Positions 50,657 to 61,328 of a DNA stretch of 64,000 nucleotides are shown one piece after another. A program made the position numbers and the translations under genes. The stretch lies in contig CP181291.1 of NCBI GenBank assembly GCA_052279835.1, forward strand, positions 544,001 through 608,000. The letters are read 5' to 3'. The DNA comes from Microcoleus sp. (GTDB taxonomy: Bacteria; Cyanobacteriota; Cyanobacteriia; Cyanobacteriales; Microcoleaceae). Numbering within the stretch: the stretch's first letter is position 1; each line of letters begins with the position of its first letter. The notes under the pieces were generated by a model. It did not search any database. It saw only the letters and a list, made by a program, of their open reading frames with translations, and was not told where the DNA came from.

Positions 50657-51454
50657 ATGTTAACTAGAAAGCAAATAGGCTTTTATCTCGAAGATATCGA
50701 AACCCCAATTGGCAAAACCGTCAATTTAACTCTTACCGGACTTATTCTCCTATCTTCCGCCAGCTTCATCGCCGAAACTTACCCCCTGGCGGAGCCTGTG
50801 AGATTTAAATTGCAAACTCTCGATCTAGTATTGTTAGTTATTTTTGTAGTTGAGTATTTAGTGCGGCTGTGGTGCGCTGACCATAAATTAAAATTTATTT
50901 TGAGTTTTTTTGCTATCGTCGATTTGCTCGCAATCTTACCATTTTTATTGGGATTTGTCAATGTAAGTTTTATCCGTATTTTCCGTTGGTTTAGAATTCT
51001 TAGACTCATCCGCTTTCTGGAATTGAGAAATTCCGTGGTTCGGATTACTAGCGAAGATAGTGCGATTTTTTCCCGGATAATTTTTACTTTGGTCGCCATA
51101 ATTTTAGTTTATTCGGGTTTAATTTATCAAGTCGAACATCCGGTAAATCCTGAAGGTTTTGGCACTTTTTTGGATGCGGTTTATTTTTCCGTGGTGACGA
51201 TGACAACGGTGGGATTTGGTGATGTGATTCCGATTTCGGAAGCGGGGCGCTTTTTGACTATTTTGATGATAGTTACGGGCATTGCCCTGATTCCTTGGCA
51301 GTTGGGGGATTTGATTAAACAATTAGTTAAAACTGCTAATCAAGTAGATAGTGTTTGTCAAGGTTGCGGTTGGTCGGTACATGATGCTAATGCTAAATTC
51401 TGCAAAATGTGTGGCACTCATTTAGACATGGGGGATCGGGCTACCCCCCCCTGA
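50657..51454 (+). CDS. Voltage-gated potassium channel family protein with C-terminal Zn ribbon
   Basis: S4 RIFRWFRILRLIRF, filter TTVGFGD, CQGC..CKMCG; ATG 50657. Confidence 0.9.
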   Translation: MLTRKQIGFYLEDIETPIGKTVNLTLTGLILLSSASFIAETYPLAEPVRFKLQTLDLVLLVIFVVEYLVRLWCADHKLKFILSFFAIVDLLAILPFLLGFVNVSFIRIFRWFRILRLIRFLELRNSVVRITSEDSAIFSRIIFTLVAIILVYSGLIYQVEHPVNPEGFGTFLDAVYFSVVTMTTVGFGDVIPISEAGRFLTILMIVTGIALIPWQLGDLIKQLVKTANQVDSVCQGCGWSVHDANAKFCKMCGTHLDMGDRATPP

Positions 51455-51539
51455 TATCAATTCCTCTCTTCATCGGAATTATTCATTGGGCATCAGGCAT
51501 TTTTGACAATGGACAACGGACAACGGACAACGGACTTGT

Positions 51540-52916
51540 TTATATCAATGGCAACCAAATTTCAAATTCTGTGCCCATTCCTAACTCCGATTGCATTCTG
51601 AAGATGCCGCCATGTTTGCCTGTGATGATTTGATAGCTAACTGCCAAACTTGTTTCTTTGAGGACTCGTTTTTCGGCTGAAAATGAATGTAAGATTTTTT
51701 GGTATTTCATCACAGACATTCCGGGTCCGTTATCTTTGATGCGGATTGAAACCCAGCGCAGGTGGGGTCGATCCGGGTCGATGGGCGGTTCGGGGCTGCA
51801 AACTTGAGTGGCGATTTCAATTTGAGGTTTGCGAGTGAAATTTTTCAATCCCTTTCCTCTGAATTCTTTTGCTAATTCTTGACCGACAGCTTCGTTAATT
51901 AAACTATTGATGGCGTTAGTCAAGATATTGATAAATACTTGGTTTAGTTCTCCTGCATAGCAGGGTACGGGGGGTAGGTATCCGTAGTTTTTTATTACTT
52001 GAATTTCGCTGCTCAAGCGGCTTTTTAGCAGCAACAGAATGCTGTCAATATTTGAGTGCAAGTCTGCGGGTTTGGGATATACGTCGTCTATGTGGCAGAA
52101 GTTTTGCAAGCTGGTGGCTAATTTGCTCAAACGTTCGGCTCCGGCTTTGATGCTGCCAACGGTGCTGAGGAAATCGTTTTGCAAAAAGTCATAGTCTATC
52201 TCTTCTTTTAGTGTGGCTATTTCTGGCGGAGGCTCGGTACAGTGGGCATCGTAAATTGATAGCAACTCGAGCAAGTTTTTGCTGTAATCACTTATGTAGG
52301 TTAAATTGCCCCAAATAAACCCTACGGGATCTAAAATTTCGTGGGCTACTCCGTTGACTAAACGCCCCAAACTAGCCATTTTTTCGCTTTGAATCATTTG
52401 GGCTTGGGCTCTTTCGTAGCGCACTTGAGTTTCTATGCCACGAATTTGCCAGTAGGCGATGTTGAGTGTGTGGGAGTCTAGCAGCCTATAGGATTGGGAG
52501 TCGATTTGCACGACGATGGGATCTGATTGCAATTCGGGCGATCGACGCAGAGCTTGCGGGGCTGCGGTTAAGATGGTTGTACTCTCCCTGAGCACAGACA
52601 TCTCGACGCGAGCATAACTGTAGAGAGTTTTTAGTGGTAGGCGCAAAAATAGCTCCGTACCTTGGGGTTTGAGCAGGTATTCTAGCAGCAGCCTGCGCGA
52701 TATCATGCCCACAAATTCTCCTGCTTCTACCAAAACGACTCCCGGTAATAGGGGGTGTTTTTCAAACATTTCGACGACAGGAGCGCCCAAGCAGCTAGAT
52801 TTTACCTGAAATTGATACAGGGGCAAGTCCCGGAGAGTAGACTCTAGCGAAAGGTCTTGATGGCTGCCTTCGGAGAGCAAAGGACCAAGTATTTTAGATC
52901 TGAATGTATTTGCCAC
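51540..52916 (-). CDS. Histidine kinase paralog with CBS-like N-terminus and degenerate F/G2 boxes
   Basis: EKMASLG..GVAHEI and DNGPG are present, but FSAEKRVLKETSLA replaces FFTTKPxGKGTGxGLA. Confidence 0.85.
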   Translation of the reverse strand: MANTFRSKILGPLLSEGSHQDLSLESTLRDLPLYQFQVKSSCLGAPVVEMFEKHPLLPGVVLVEAGEFVGMISRRLLLEYLLKPQGTELFLRLPLKTLYSYARVEMSVLRESTTILTAAPQALRRSPELQSDPIVVQIDSQSYRLLDSHTLNIAYWQIRGIETQVRYERAQAQMIQSEKMASLGRLVNGVAHEILDPVGFIWGNLTYISDYSKNLLELLSIYDAHCTEPPPEIATLKEEIDYDFLQNDFLSTVGSIKAGAERLSKLATSLQNFCHIDDVYPKPADLHSNIDSILLLLKSRLSSEIQVIKNYGYLPPVPCYAGELNQVFINILTNAINSLINEAVGQELAKEFRGKGLKNFTRKPQIEIATQVCSPEPPIDPDRPHLRWVSIRIKDNGPGMSVMKYQKILHSFSAEKRVLKETSLAVSYQIITGKHGGIFRMQSELGMGTEFEIWLPLI

Positions 52917-53163
52917 GATCGCTTTGAGTTACCGGAACACCCTGACTGTGAAAACGATCCGGTGCTACTAACATACTCTATCATTTCACCTAAGCAGCAA
53001 AATTGGGGAATTTTTTTGGAGTAGGTCTGGTTTTCTTATGGTTTGGATGTTACCGTCTGTCAGCATCTGGCTAGGTTCTGGTGCTAAGTGCTTGTCTTGG
53101 TTTGACAAGACTTTTGATGCTAGCTAGACTGTCTGCGATGTCAAGTATGTCCACAAAAGTCTT

Positions 53164-54588
53164 TTATAGTGCCTTTTGATCGCCGGTCTGAACTATAGGT
53201 AACAGGATCTCGAATTCGGTGTTGGGTGCCGGTTGCGATCGCAAATTTAGTTTACCAGCGTGCTTTTCTGTGATGATTTGATGACAGATAGCCAGCCCCA
53301 TCCCGGTTCCTTTACCTACTGGTTTGGTGGTAAAAAAGGTCTCAAATATTTGCTCCTGAATTTCTGGGGGAATGCCTGGCCCGTTATCGGTAATGATAAT
53401 TGCTGCCCATTTCCTGTCATCGACTTCTACTACTTTGGTGGTAATTTCAATGCGGGGATACCAATTTTGCGGGTACTGTGCGCTCATTTCGCGATCGCCC
53501 GCCCGCTCTGCCAAGGCATCTAGAGCGTTGATTAACAAATTTAAAAATACCTGACTTAATTGACCAGAATAGCATTTTATCAGTGGCAGGTCTCCGTAAT
53601 TTTTTACCACTTCTGTGCTTTGTTTCAATCTATTTTTTAGGATTAAAAGTGTATTTTCTATGCACTCATGGATGTCTGTACTAAATGGCTTACTTTCGTC
53701 CATGTGAGAGAAGTTGTGCAGACTGTTAACAATTTTGAGCAATTGTTCAGCCCCAAATTTCATACCTTCTAGGGTGGCTGGTAAATCTTCTCGTAAAAAA
53801 TCAAATTCGATCCTTTCTTTGATAGCTGCAATTACAGGAGATGGTTCGGAAAATTCTTCTTCGTAAGCTGACATTAGTTCTAGCAAATCTTCAAAATAAG
53901 ACAGCAGAAAATTTAAATTACCCCAAATACAGTTGAGGGGATTCCTAATTTCGTGAGCTACCCCTGCGATAATATTTCCCAAACTGGCCATCTTTTCTGT
54001 TTGAATCAACTTGGCTTCTGTTTGCTTTTGGAGCAATTTATTGGTTAATTGGTGAATCTTTGATTGAGCTACCATTAACTGTTGTACGTCTAACAGCCAG
54101 TAGGTCTCAGGGGCTACCTCGACTACTATGGGATCGTAAACTAATTCGGCTGGTCTGTAGAGCGATTCCTCGGCTGCTTCTACTATTAATTTAGTACCTG
54201 ATAGTATGAGCATATCTTTCCTCGAAAAACGATATAAAACCTCTATTGGTCGTTTAAAGAACATTTCTATACCGTAGCGCCGGTTGACTCTTTCAAAAAA
54301 TAGCCTTCGGGAAATGATGCCGACAAATTTACCCCGATCCGTCAAAATAACGCCTGGAAGTAATGGTTTTTTGTCAAAAGCCTGGGCCACTTCTTTTGCC
54401 TGTTGAGTTAATTCAATTTGGCAGTTGTACAGAGGCAGGTCTAGGAGGGTAGATTCTAAAGAGAGGTTCCAAGTACAAATTTCAGGTATATGCAACACTG
54501 ATAACTCCGAGTTAAACTCATGCAAAGCAAACATTGATGAAACCTCTGTTAAATATTTTATTGATAGATAACTAAAGTTGCTGGTCAT
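53164..54588 (-). CDS. Soluble histidine kinase with CBS-like N-terminus
   Basis: PLLPGVIL..G.FVGIISRR, GVAHEIRNP, NALDAL, DNGPG, FFTTKPVGKGTGMGL. Confidence 0.9.
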   Translation of the reverse strand: MTSNFSYLSIKYLTEVSSMFALHEFNSELSVLHIPEICTWNLSLESTLLDLPLYNCQIELTQQAKEVAQAFDKKPLLPGVILTDRGKFVGIISRRLFFERVNRRYGIEMFFKRPIEVLYRFSRKDMLILSGTKLIVEAAEESLYRPAELVYDPIVVEVAPETYWLLDVQQLMVAQSKIHQLTNKLLQKQTEAKLIQTEKMASLGNIIAGVAHEIRNPLNCIWGNLNFLLSYFEDLLELMSAYEEEFSEPSPVIAAIKERIEFDFLREDLPATLEGMKFGAEQLLKIVNSLHNFSHMDESKPFSTDIHECIENTLLILKNRLKQSTEVVKNYGDLPLIKCYSGQLSQVFLNLLINALDALAERAGDREMSAQYPQNWYPRIEITTKVVEVDDRKWAAIIITDNGPGIPPEIQEQIFETFFTTKPVGKGTGMGLAICHQIITEKHAGKLNLRSQPAPNTEFEILLPIVQTGDQKAL

Positions 54589-55144
54589 TCATACTTAATC
54601 AGTCATAGTTAATTGGTGATGAGTCATTGGTAAGCAAGTCAGGAGTTTTGATTTTTAAGTATCGAGGGCGTGAATTTGCAACTCTTTAACTTAAACATTA
54701 GTCACTTCCACAGCGTTGTTCGCGAAGGACAGCGGCCATCTCAAAACTTTTTTGTTACCGATTCTCCTCTTCCCCATTCTCCATTCCCGTCAAGTAATTT
54801 GCAACAGCACCCCATCGGAAAGCCCGATCGGGTCAGCATTGTCTGCTAAAAATATTGTTTCTAAATCAATGTTAAGGGATAAAAGCTGTTGTGGAACTTA
54901 CAGATGTTTAATATAAACTTTTTACCATAAAATACCCTAAGATCGCGTATTTTGCTAAAATCTTAAATTTTTATACACTGGTTACTGTTATTTTTTATAC
55001 AATCTTCTGGGTACTGGTAGAGTATTTCTATTGGGAATTTGGGAGGGGGCCTTTTGCCCGCAGATACCTCTGGGGGCTGATTAAAAATGAGGGTTAACTG
55101 TGCAGTTTCTCTAGGGAGAATTCGAGGCCAGAGAGGAAATTGCT

Positions 55145-55717
55145 TCAGGATTGCGGTTCTACTTCTGGCCATAGACGTTCTAATTGATACCGCCAAGCTG
55201 CGAGAGTCTGTTGGCGAGACTCTGGTCCGAGTTCCATTTCCCCCATCAAGCCTTCGGCGTAAAAACGGTCTAAAGTCTGAAGGGTAGTTTCCACAGACTG
55301 TCCCTGAATCTTGGCAGCTTTGATGATTTGACGGATACGGGTTTCGATCAAGTCGTCGAAAAAGTCTGACAAACCGCGCTGTTGTAAAGCCAGCAGTCTG
55401 GCTACGGCGGCGGAGAAATCGCCAGTGGCCAGAGTAGTCAAGTTGTGCTGAAATACTCCCCACAAGATATTTTGATGTACTGCGTAACGAGTTTCGAGGG
55501 TGTTGTCAAAGTTAGCTTCTAGCAGTTTATCGAAAAATTTTTGAGTGGATGTGGCATCGGCGATGGGGATCAAAATCCGCAGCCAACTGCTGTCTTCTGA
55601 AAGCAGCACTAGCAGGCGAAACTGGGGCGTTTCTACTTGCCAAGAAGTGGCGGCAGCCATCTCCACACTTTCACTAAATAAATCTTTGAGGGTATGGGTA
55701 ATTTCTTCGGGAGTCAT
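55145..55717 (-). CDS. Hypothetical protein, YbjN/CesT chaperone-like N-terminus
   Basis: WLRILIPI, LLEANFD..ETRYA pattern. Confidence 0.7.
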   Translation of the reverse strand: MTPEEITHTLKDLFSESVEMAAATSWQVETPQFRLLVLLSEDSSWLRILIPIADATSTQKFFDKLLEANFDNTLETRYAVHQNILWGVFQHNLTTLATGDFSAAVARLLALQQRGLSDFFDDLIETRIRQIIKAAKIQGQSVETTLQTLDRFYAEGLMGEMELGPESRQQTLAAWRYQLERLWPEVEPQS

Positions 55718-55791
55718 AGGATTTTCGATTTTCGATTTTCAATTTGAGATTTTTGATTTGCCGGCGGGGTGGGTTCCAATTTTAAATTAGT

Positions 55792-57357
55792 TTAGGGTAG
55801 CCAGCGGGGATGATAGCCCGCAAAAGGCAGTTCTTCGGGCTGCACTTTGGGTTGAGAAACGTCGGGTGGTATTTCTATTAAGGGTAGCAGCCAAAGGCGA
55901 CTGCTGGCGATCGACTGTCCGCTATCATTGCGAGGACTGGTTGGTGTTAAGGGTTGTGCTGATGTGACTGATTGGTCAAAAAGTAATGCCAGTCCGTCGG
56001 GAGATAAACTGATTTGGGTATCTAATTGGTTGGGCAAAATCAGCAGGGGTTTGATGGTTCCTATCAGACGAGTTCCGTCTTTTTTGAGGTCGATGGTGGC
56101 AAGGAAAGGTTGTTCTTTGTAGTCTTCTGTTTTCAGACGTTGGGATAAAAGGCAGTATAGGCGCTGGAATTGATTGTCTTTGTCTTTGCGGGGGTCGAAA
56201 TGGATGGTGATAATGCTGCCGGGAATTCGCAATATTTCTTGTTCTACGCCTTGGTTGTCTAAGATGAAAAGCGATCGGGTAAAGTCGGTGTTGTATTTAA
56301 CATAGGCTGCGGCAGAGTTGTCGCGGGCCATGCCTAATACTTGTTCGTATTTGGGCAAGAATTCTACTGGTTCTGCTTGCGGTTTGAGGGGGACGATGGC
56401 TAATCCTTGTTTTTGAGATATTACCATCGATTTGTTGTCGGGCCGAATCATAAAATCACCACCTTGTTGATTTTCCAAGGGTCGAGGTGGCATTTTTTCT
56501 TCTAAAATCCAAGGACTAAAATCTGCGGGATTACGGCGGTTGATGCGGGCAATAACTATGGTTTTGCCGTCGGCTGAGAGGTCGAATTTGAGGTTCTGAT
56601 AATCTTTGGCATCTAATAGTTTGTCGATTCTACCTGCTGGCTGCGGTGGGGAGACTTCCCCTCCCGATTGGGGATTGAGGCCGGTGGTAACAGTGAATAG
56701 TTCTTCGCTTCTGGTGGAACCTGATTTGACTTGCGATCGATCTGTTGCTAAGAATAAGATGCGATCGCTATTAGGATAGGGTTTAAAATCGGTGACGACT
56801 AAATCTTTGGGAGTTAGGGCTATAGGTTTCGGGTCGGTGCTGGAGAGATTGACTAACATTAATCTGCTTTCTGCTTCGCCTTTGACGCCGATGTAAGCAA
56901 AAGCGCGATCGCGACTGCGAAAGGAAGCGGTAAATGGTTGAATTTGCCTGCCTTGATTTTGGTTGTTTTCTCCTCCGTATTTGTCCGTGGCTCCTGCGAG
57001 TTTTAATGTGTAGGTAACGCCGTAGGGTGCAGGGTTTTTGAGTGTGTAAGCCATGCGCCTTCCAGCCCAGCTAAATTTGCCGGGGAGAGGTGGTTCTATT
57101 TTTAAGTTTTCTTCGACGCTGGAGTGATTCATGGGGCGAAAGAATGTGAGGATAAATCCCGTATCTGCCGCCCCGATTTGTTGGTTTTGCCAGGTAAATT
57201 CTCGGACTCGCGGTGCTGTGCGATCGCCCGACAGCAGCAACATTCCAATTAACAGGCTCAGTCCTAGGATCAAGATGATTGCCGTGCGGTCGATCGGCTG
57301 TTTAAATAGCCCTACATTCAACGAGGAAAGATTGATTTTTTTATTTAAAATACTCAT
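55792..57357 (-). CDS. Membrane-anchored Ig-like domain plus TolB-like propeller protein
   Basis: N-terminal TM, LTFFRPM..SVE, GKFSWAG, SADG/SPDG motifs, ends PRWLP. Confidence 0.75.
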   Translation of the reverse strand: MSILNKKINLSSLNVGLFKQPIDRTAIILILGLSLLIGMLLLSGDRTAPRVREFTWQNQQIGAADTGFILTFFRPMNHSSVEENLKIEPPLPGKFSWAGRRMAYTLKNPAPYGVTYTLKLAGATDKYGGENNQNQGRQIQPFTASFRSRDRAFAYIGVKGEAESRLMLVNLSSTDPKPIALTPKDLVVTDFKPYPNSDRILFLATDRSQVKSGSTRSEELFTVTTGLNPQSGGEVSPPQPAGRIDKLLDAKDYQNLKFDLSADGKTIVIARINRRNPADFSPWILEEKMPPRPLENQQGGDFMIRPDNKSMVISQKQGLAIVPLKPQAEPVEFLPKYEQVLGMARDNSAAAYVKYNTDFTRSLFILDNQGVEQEILRIPGSIITIHFDPRKDKDNQFQRLYCLLSQRLKTEDYKEQPFLATIDLKKDGTRLIGTIKPLLILPNQLDTQISLSPDGLALLFDQSVTSAQPLTPTSPRNDSGQSIASSRLWLLPLIEIPPDVSQPKVQPEELPFAGYHPRWLP

Positions 57358-57435
57358 GAATCTTTCTCTCCTCTTGCCTATCTAAATTTCTGCCACAACT
57401 TAAAAACTTAATTAACACTCTCTCCGGTTGTTTTA

Positions 57436-58806
57436 CTAAAATAGTTTACCTGGTAATAGATCCGTCGGTAACAGGTGGTCGATCGGTGAACCACCACCAA
57501 AATGATATCTACAAAACAGTATAGTTGCTAGTACCCCTAAAAACAATGCTGTCAATTTAACATCTTCCCCCAAACAAAATAATTTTTCTTTCCAAAGACC
57601 GTAGGTAATGACTAAATAAGTAGGAATATCGCCCACAGCTACAGCAATCACAGCACCTAAATAACCCAGGAAATGATATCCGACTGGTATGCCAATAGTG
57701 ATACTCAAGAAAGTGGCAAAATTGCCCATAGCTCCGTACTGAGATTTGCCGATAGCTAACAGACAAGAACTCATCAAATTGTGGAGGGTGGTGTGCCAAA
57801 TTCCTAAAGCCAAAATAGGCAACATCCAAGATGCTGCTATATACTCTTTTCTGTACAGGATTAAAATTATTTGATCTCCAAAACTGACAAAAAATGCTAA
57901 ACCTATGGCTAGAGGGATCAGAATCAGGTTACGGTTTTTAAGAATCTTGGCGCGCAATTCTTCGCGAGGCAAGTCTGCTAGCATGGAAATAGAGGGAAAA
58001 ATCACCTTGCCACCAATGGCGATAATCACTTGACGTGGCATATCACCGAGGGTGAAAGCAATGCCATAAATGCCCAACATTGTCAAAGAAAAGATTTTTC
58101 CTAGAACGAGCCGATCGGCTTGAGAACATAGAAAAAATAAAAGTGTAGACAAAAATATCCATTTGCCATAAGAAAATATTTCTTTAACTGCTTCTCGATC
58201 CCAAGTGAAGCGGTGAGGCTGATCGCGAATCAACAAATGACTCCAGATTAACTCTACTAAGGTACTACTAAAACCACCAGCCAGGATCGCCCAGATGCTG
58301 GGATTTAAGAAAGCCCAGATAATCATCACTGTAGTAGAAATTATCTGGGTGCCAAATTCAAAAATTACTACTTCCTTGACTGCCATTTTGCGGTTGAGGC
58401 TGAATATGGAAGTTGAGTTGAAGCCTCCGATCAGGGTGTTGATACCGATCACTGGAATCAACCACAGCAGACGTGGTTCTTGGTAAAAAGTAGCCACAGG
58501 CCAAGTGACTAACATTAAACACAACCACACAAAAAAGCTGCGAATAATTTGCATTGTCCAAGCGGTGTTGATAAATTCTGGATCGTCTCCACGCTTGTTC
58601 TGGATGATACTTGGCCCCAGACCGATATCTGAGAATAGGTGAACACCTACGATGAAAACATAAGCAAGACCAACAAGACCAAATAGTTCTGGCAAAAGCA
58701 GCCGTGTCAGGATGAGGTTACTGCCAAATCGGAGAATTTGACTCCCTCCATAGCTGATGATGGTCCAGATTGCGCCTTTGATAGCGAGTTTTTTTTCTGA
58801 TGACAT
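57436..58806 (-). CDS. Oligosaccharide flippase (Wzx family)
   Basis: GAIW, LILTRLLLPELFGL, FSDIG, NTAWT, GIYGIA; ~12 TM segments. Confidence 0.9.
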   Translation of the reverse strand: MSSEKKLAIKGAIWTIISYGGSQILRFGSNLILTRLLLPELFGLVGLAYVFIVGVHLFSDIGLGPSIIQNKRGDDPEFINTAWTMQIIRSFFVWLCLMLVTWPVATFYQEPRLLWLIPVIGINTLIGGFNSTSIFSLNRKMAVKEVVIFEFGTQIISTTVMIIWAFLNPSIWAILAGGFSSTLVELIWSHLLIRDQPHRFTWDREAVKEIFSYGKWIFLSTLLFFLCSQADRLVLGKIFSLTMLGIYGIAFTLGDMPRQVIIAIGGKVIFPSISMLADLPREELRAKILKNRNLILIPLAIGLAFFVSFGDQIILILYRKEYIAASWMLPILALGIWHTTLHNLMSSCLLAIGKSQYGAMGNFATFLSITIGIPVGYHFLGYLGAVIAVAVGDIPTYLVITYGLWKEKLFCLGEDVKLTALFLGVLATILFCRYHFGGGSPIDHLLPTDLLPGKLF

Positions 58807-58913
58807 AAACTTTAAACTTATCTTCTCATCATGAGTCTAGTTGTTGCATTTGCTATTGGCAACTCCTACAGGATACGGAGGCTAATATTCTTCACGGGCT
58901 TTTTGGGAGATGT

Positions 58914-59705
58914 CTAATAATCATAAGGGTTTTTTGGTTCGGGAATTGATTTGAGGGAATCAGCCTGAATAGTTAATTTGCGTTTCCCTTGCAGTTCTTC
59001 TGAGATGGCTTCTCCTTCTATTTCTAACCAACTGTCTGGGGGAAATGCAGTGCGGCTTTGACCGATCGGTAATTTTACCGGCAAACCGACTGGATACGCA
59101 TCTGCGGCACAGCAGGTAATGATAAAACGACCGATCCAAATATATTGCTCTGATACCTTGGGCGGGTGAATTACAAATCCTTGAACCTTGACTTTTTGAC
59201 CTATATATGTGTCAGGCTCTGGATTGAAATTTAACAGGCGGACCCACTCGATGAGCGATCGCTTTTCTGGTTTGGTGGTATTGCGAAATTCTTGGGGTTG
59301 CAGTCTGGTGATGGGGAGGGATTCAGTCAGGCCTCGTTCTAATGCTGTCTGACTGGTAAAGGTACGGGGTGTGGTGACTAAACCGATTAAGGCGACGCTC
59401 AACATTAAGGTACTGCCAAAACTGGGGGGAAATAAAGTAATATGTTCAACTTTTGGAATTCTGGGAGAGTTGATGGTGGGTGATGTCCGAGATTTCTGGT
59501 TGCTGCGATCGAGCTGGATGAGTTCCCACATTTTATAACCGCCAATGATGATTAAGCCAATGCCTCCGCCTACAGTCAAGCCAAAGTAATTGGGGTGAAT
59601 CAAAATGCTTAATTTGCCAGTGATCCAATATTTGAGGAGCAATATTCCCCAGGATAAGATAGCTACGGTATCTAGCCAAGGACCGAATTTTTTAAGAATC
59701 ATCAC
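58914..59705 (-). CDS. TIGR03943/DUF1980 putative permease subunit
   Basis: IHPNY, GQKVKVQGFV, RFIITCCAADA, IPEPKNPY. Confidence 0.9.
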   Translation of the reverse strand: MMILKKFGPWLDTVAILSWGILLLKYWITGKLSILIHPNYFGLTVGGGIGLIIIGGYKMWELIQLDRSNQKSRTSPTINSPRIPKVEHITLFPPSFGSTLMLSVALIGLVTTPRTFTSQTALERGLTESLPITRLQPQEFRNTTKPEKRSLIEWVRLLNFNPEPDTYIGQKVKVQGFVIHPPKVSEQYIWIGRFIITCCAADAYPVGLPVKLPIGQSRTAFPPDSWLEIEGEAISEELQGKRKLTIQADSLKSIPEPKNPYDY

Positions 59706-59799
59706 GTCTGATTTGAGATGGGAAATTGAAGAGTTGAGATTTGAGGATTGCTCCCGATCGCTCTTTAATTAAGTTACACTTAAAAAAATGTTGCTGATG

Positions 59800-60879
59800 C
59801 TAACCTAGATATAAATTGACGGCGAGAGTCATTAAAAAAGTTAACTGAGCCGCCAGTACCATTAAGTAAATTACGGCTCTACCTCTAAAAATTGATAGCA
59901 TTAAACCGATGCCTTTGATGTCAATCATCGGACCAAAAACTAGAAAAGCTAAGAGGGAACCGCTGGTAAATGTGGCGGCGAAAGACAAGGCAAAAAAGGC
60001 ATCTACCGTAGAACAAATCGATACCACTGCGGCTAATAACAGCATGGCGAGAATCGAAGAAACGGGGCTTTGGCCGAGGTTGAGAATTAGTTCGCGGGGG
60101 GTGCCAACTTGAACGATCGCCGCGATCGCGCTACCAACGACTAACACACCTCCCAATTCACGCAACTCCTGTACCATACTATCTAGCAGCAGGCGCAGAC
60201 GCTCTTTAGAAAGGCGGTGGAACAGGGAGGAAGGTTTCGAGGTTTTTTCAGTTTTGCCTGTTTCTAAGGGCTTCCAGTTGTCTTGTCGCAAAGATTCGAT
60301 CGGCACTGCCCCCCCTGGCATACCTAGCATAAATGTCCCCGACTGCAACAGGGAAGGAGTTTCGGCTGTTAGTAGCTGTGTTTCGGAGAAATCGGGTTTT
60401 GGTAGGGGAAGGGCGCGGGCGATCGCGGGTTGTAGCAGAGGCCGCAAGTCTGTCTGGGTGCTAAACACCCAGCCGATGATAGTTGCTATGATTAGGGAAA
60501 ATACCACCCGTAAAACCACAATTTCTGGCTGATCCCGAAAAGCAGTCCAAGTCGCCCAAATCACGATCGGATTGATTGTCGGTGCGGCGAGTAAAAAGCC
60601 GATCGCCACCGGTGCGGGTACTCCTTGCATCAACAACCTGCGGGCCACCGGCACGTTACCGCACTCGCACACCGGAAACAAAAACCCGACTAAACTACCG
60701 GCTAAAGCCCCCAGCAGTGGATTTCGGGGGATGCGGGCTATGAGTTTGCGTTCATCTACAAACCCCAGCAGCACACCGGAAAATAAAACTCCCAGCAGTA
60801 AAAAAGGTATAGCCTCTACTAACAAGCCCAGAAACAGGGTGAAAGCATTATTTAACTGATTTGTCAGGGCGGGTTGCAT
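59800..60879 (-). CDS. DUF318 predicted permease
   Basis: EAIPFLLLG, PVCECG..PV, AAPTINP, SICSTVDAF, GPMIDIK. Confidence 0.9.
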   Translation of the reverse strand: MQPALTNQLNNAFTLFLGLLVEAIPFLLLGVLFSGVLLGFVDERKLIARIPRNPLLGALAGSLVGFLFPVCECGNVPVARRLLMQGVPAPVAIGFLLAAPTINPIVIWATWTAFRDQPEIVVLRVVFSLIIATIIGWVFSTQTDLRPLLQPAIARALPLPKPDFSETQLLTAETPSLLQSGTFMLGMPGGAVPIESLRQDNWKPLETGKTEKTSKPSSLFHRLSKERLRLLLDSMVQELRELGGVLVVGSAIAAIVQVGTPRELILNLGQSPVSSILAMLLLAAVVSICSTVDAFFALSFAATFTSGSLLAFLVFGPMIDIKGIGLMLSIFRGRAVIYLMVLAAQLTFLMTLAVNLYLG

Positions 60880-61328
60880 CCATCACCTACTTGTAAACTG
60901 CGATTTGGGGCCTACCCCCTGTCATACTAAAGACTGGTTAAAAACCCCTATTTATCGACAGGGAGAGGGGGAGGGACAAAAAATGGGGTGAATAACCCTG
61001 ATGTGGTATTAATCATAGCCGATCGCAGAGCCAAGTTAAGATTCTGTTAAAAATCTCTGGCTATACAATCGTAGCTGGTATTGAGGACTTCTCTAAACCA
61101 GAAAGTATGGATAGGAATTTGAATTAGTCTTAACCACAGGTTAAAAGTTTAAATTCCGGTTAAATCGTCCCTAAATGTGGGGATTAATCGTTAATCCACC
61201 CCAACTCAATATAAAATAAAATCTAGCATAACTGCCGGGATGCCTCTAGGTTGCTTATACTATTGCTGATACTGCTCTCAGTTTTTTTCGATAATTTAAA
61301 AAGCGGTTTGCTATGTGCTCGCAGCTAA

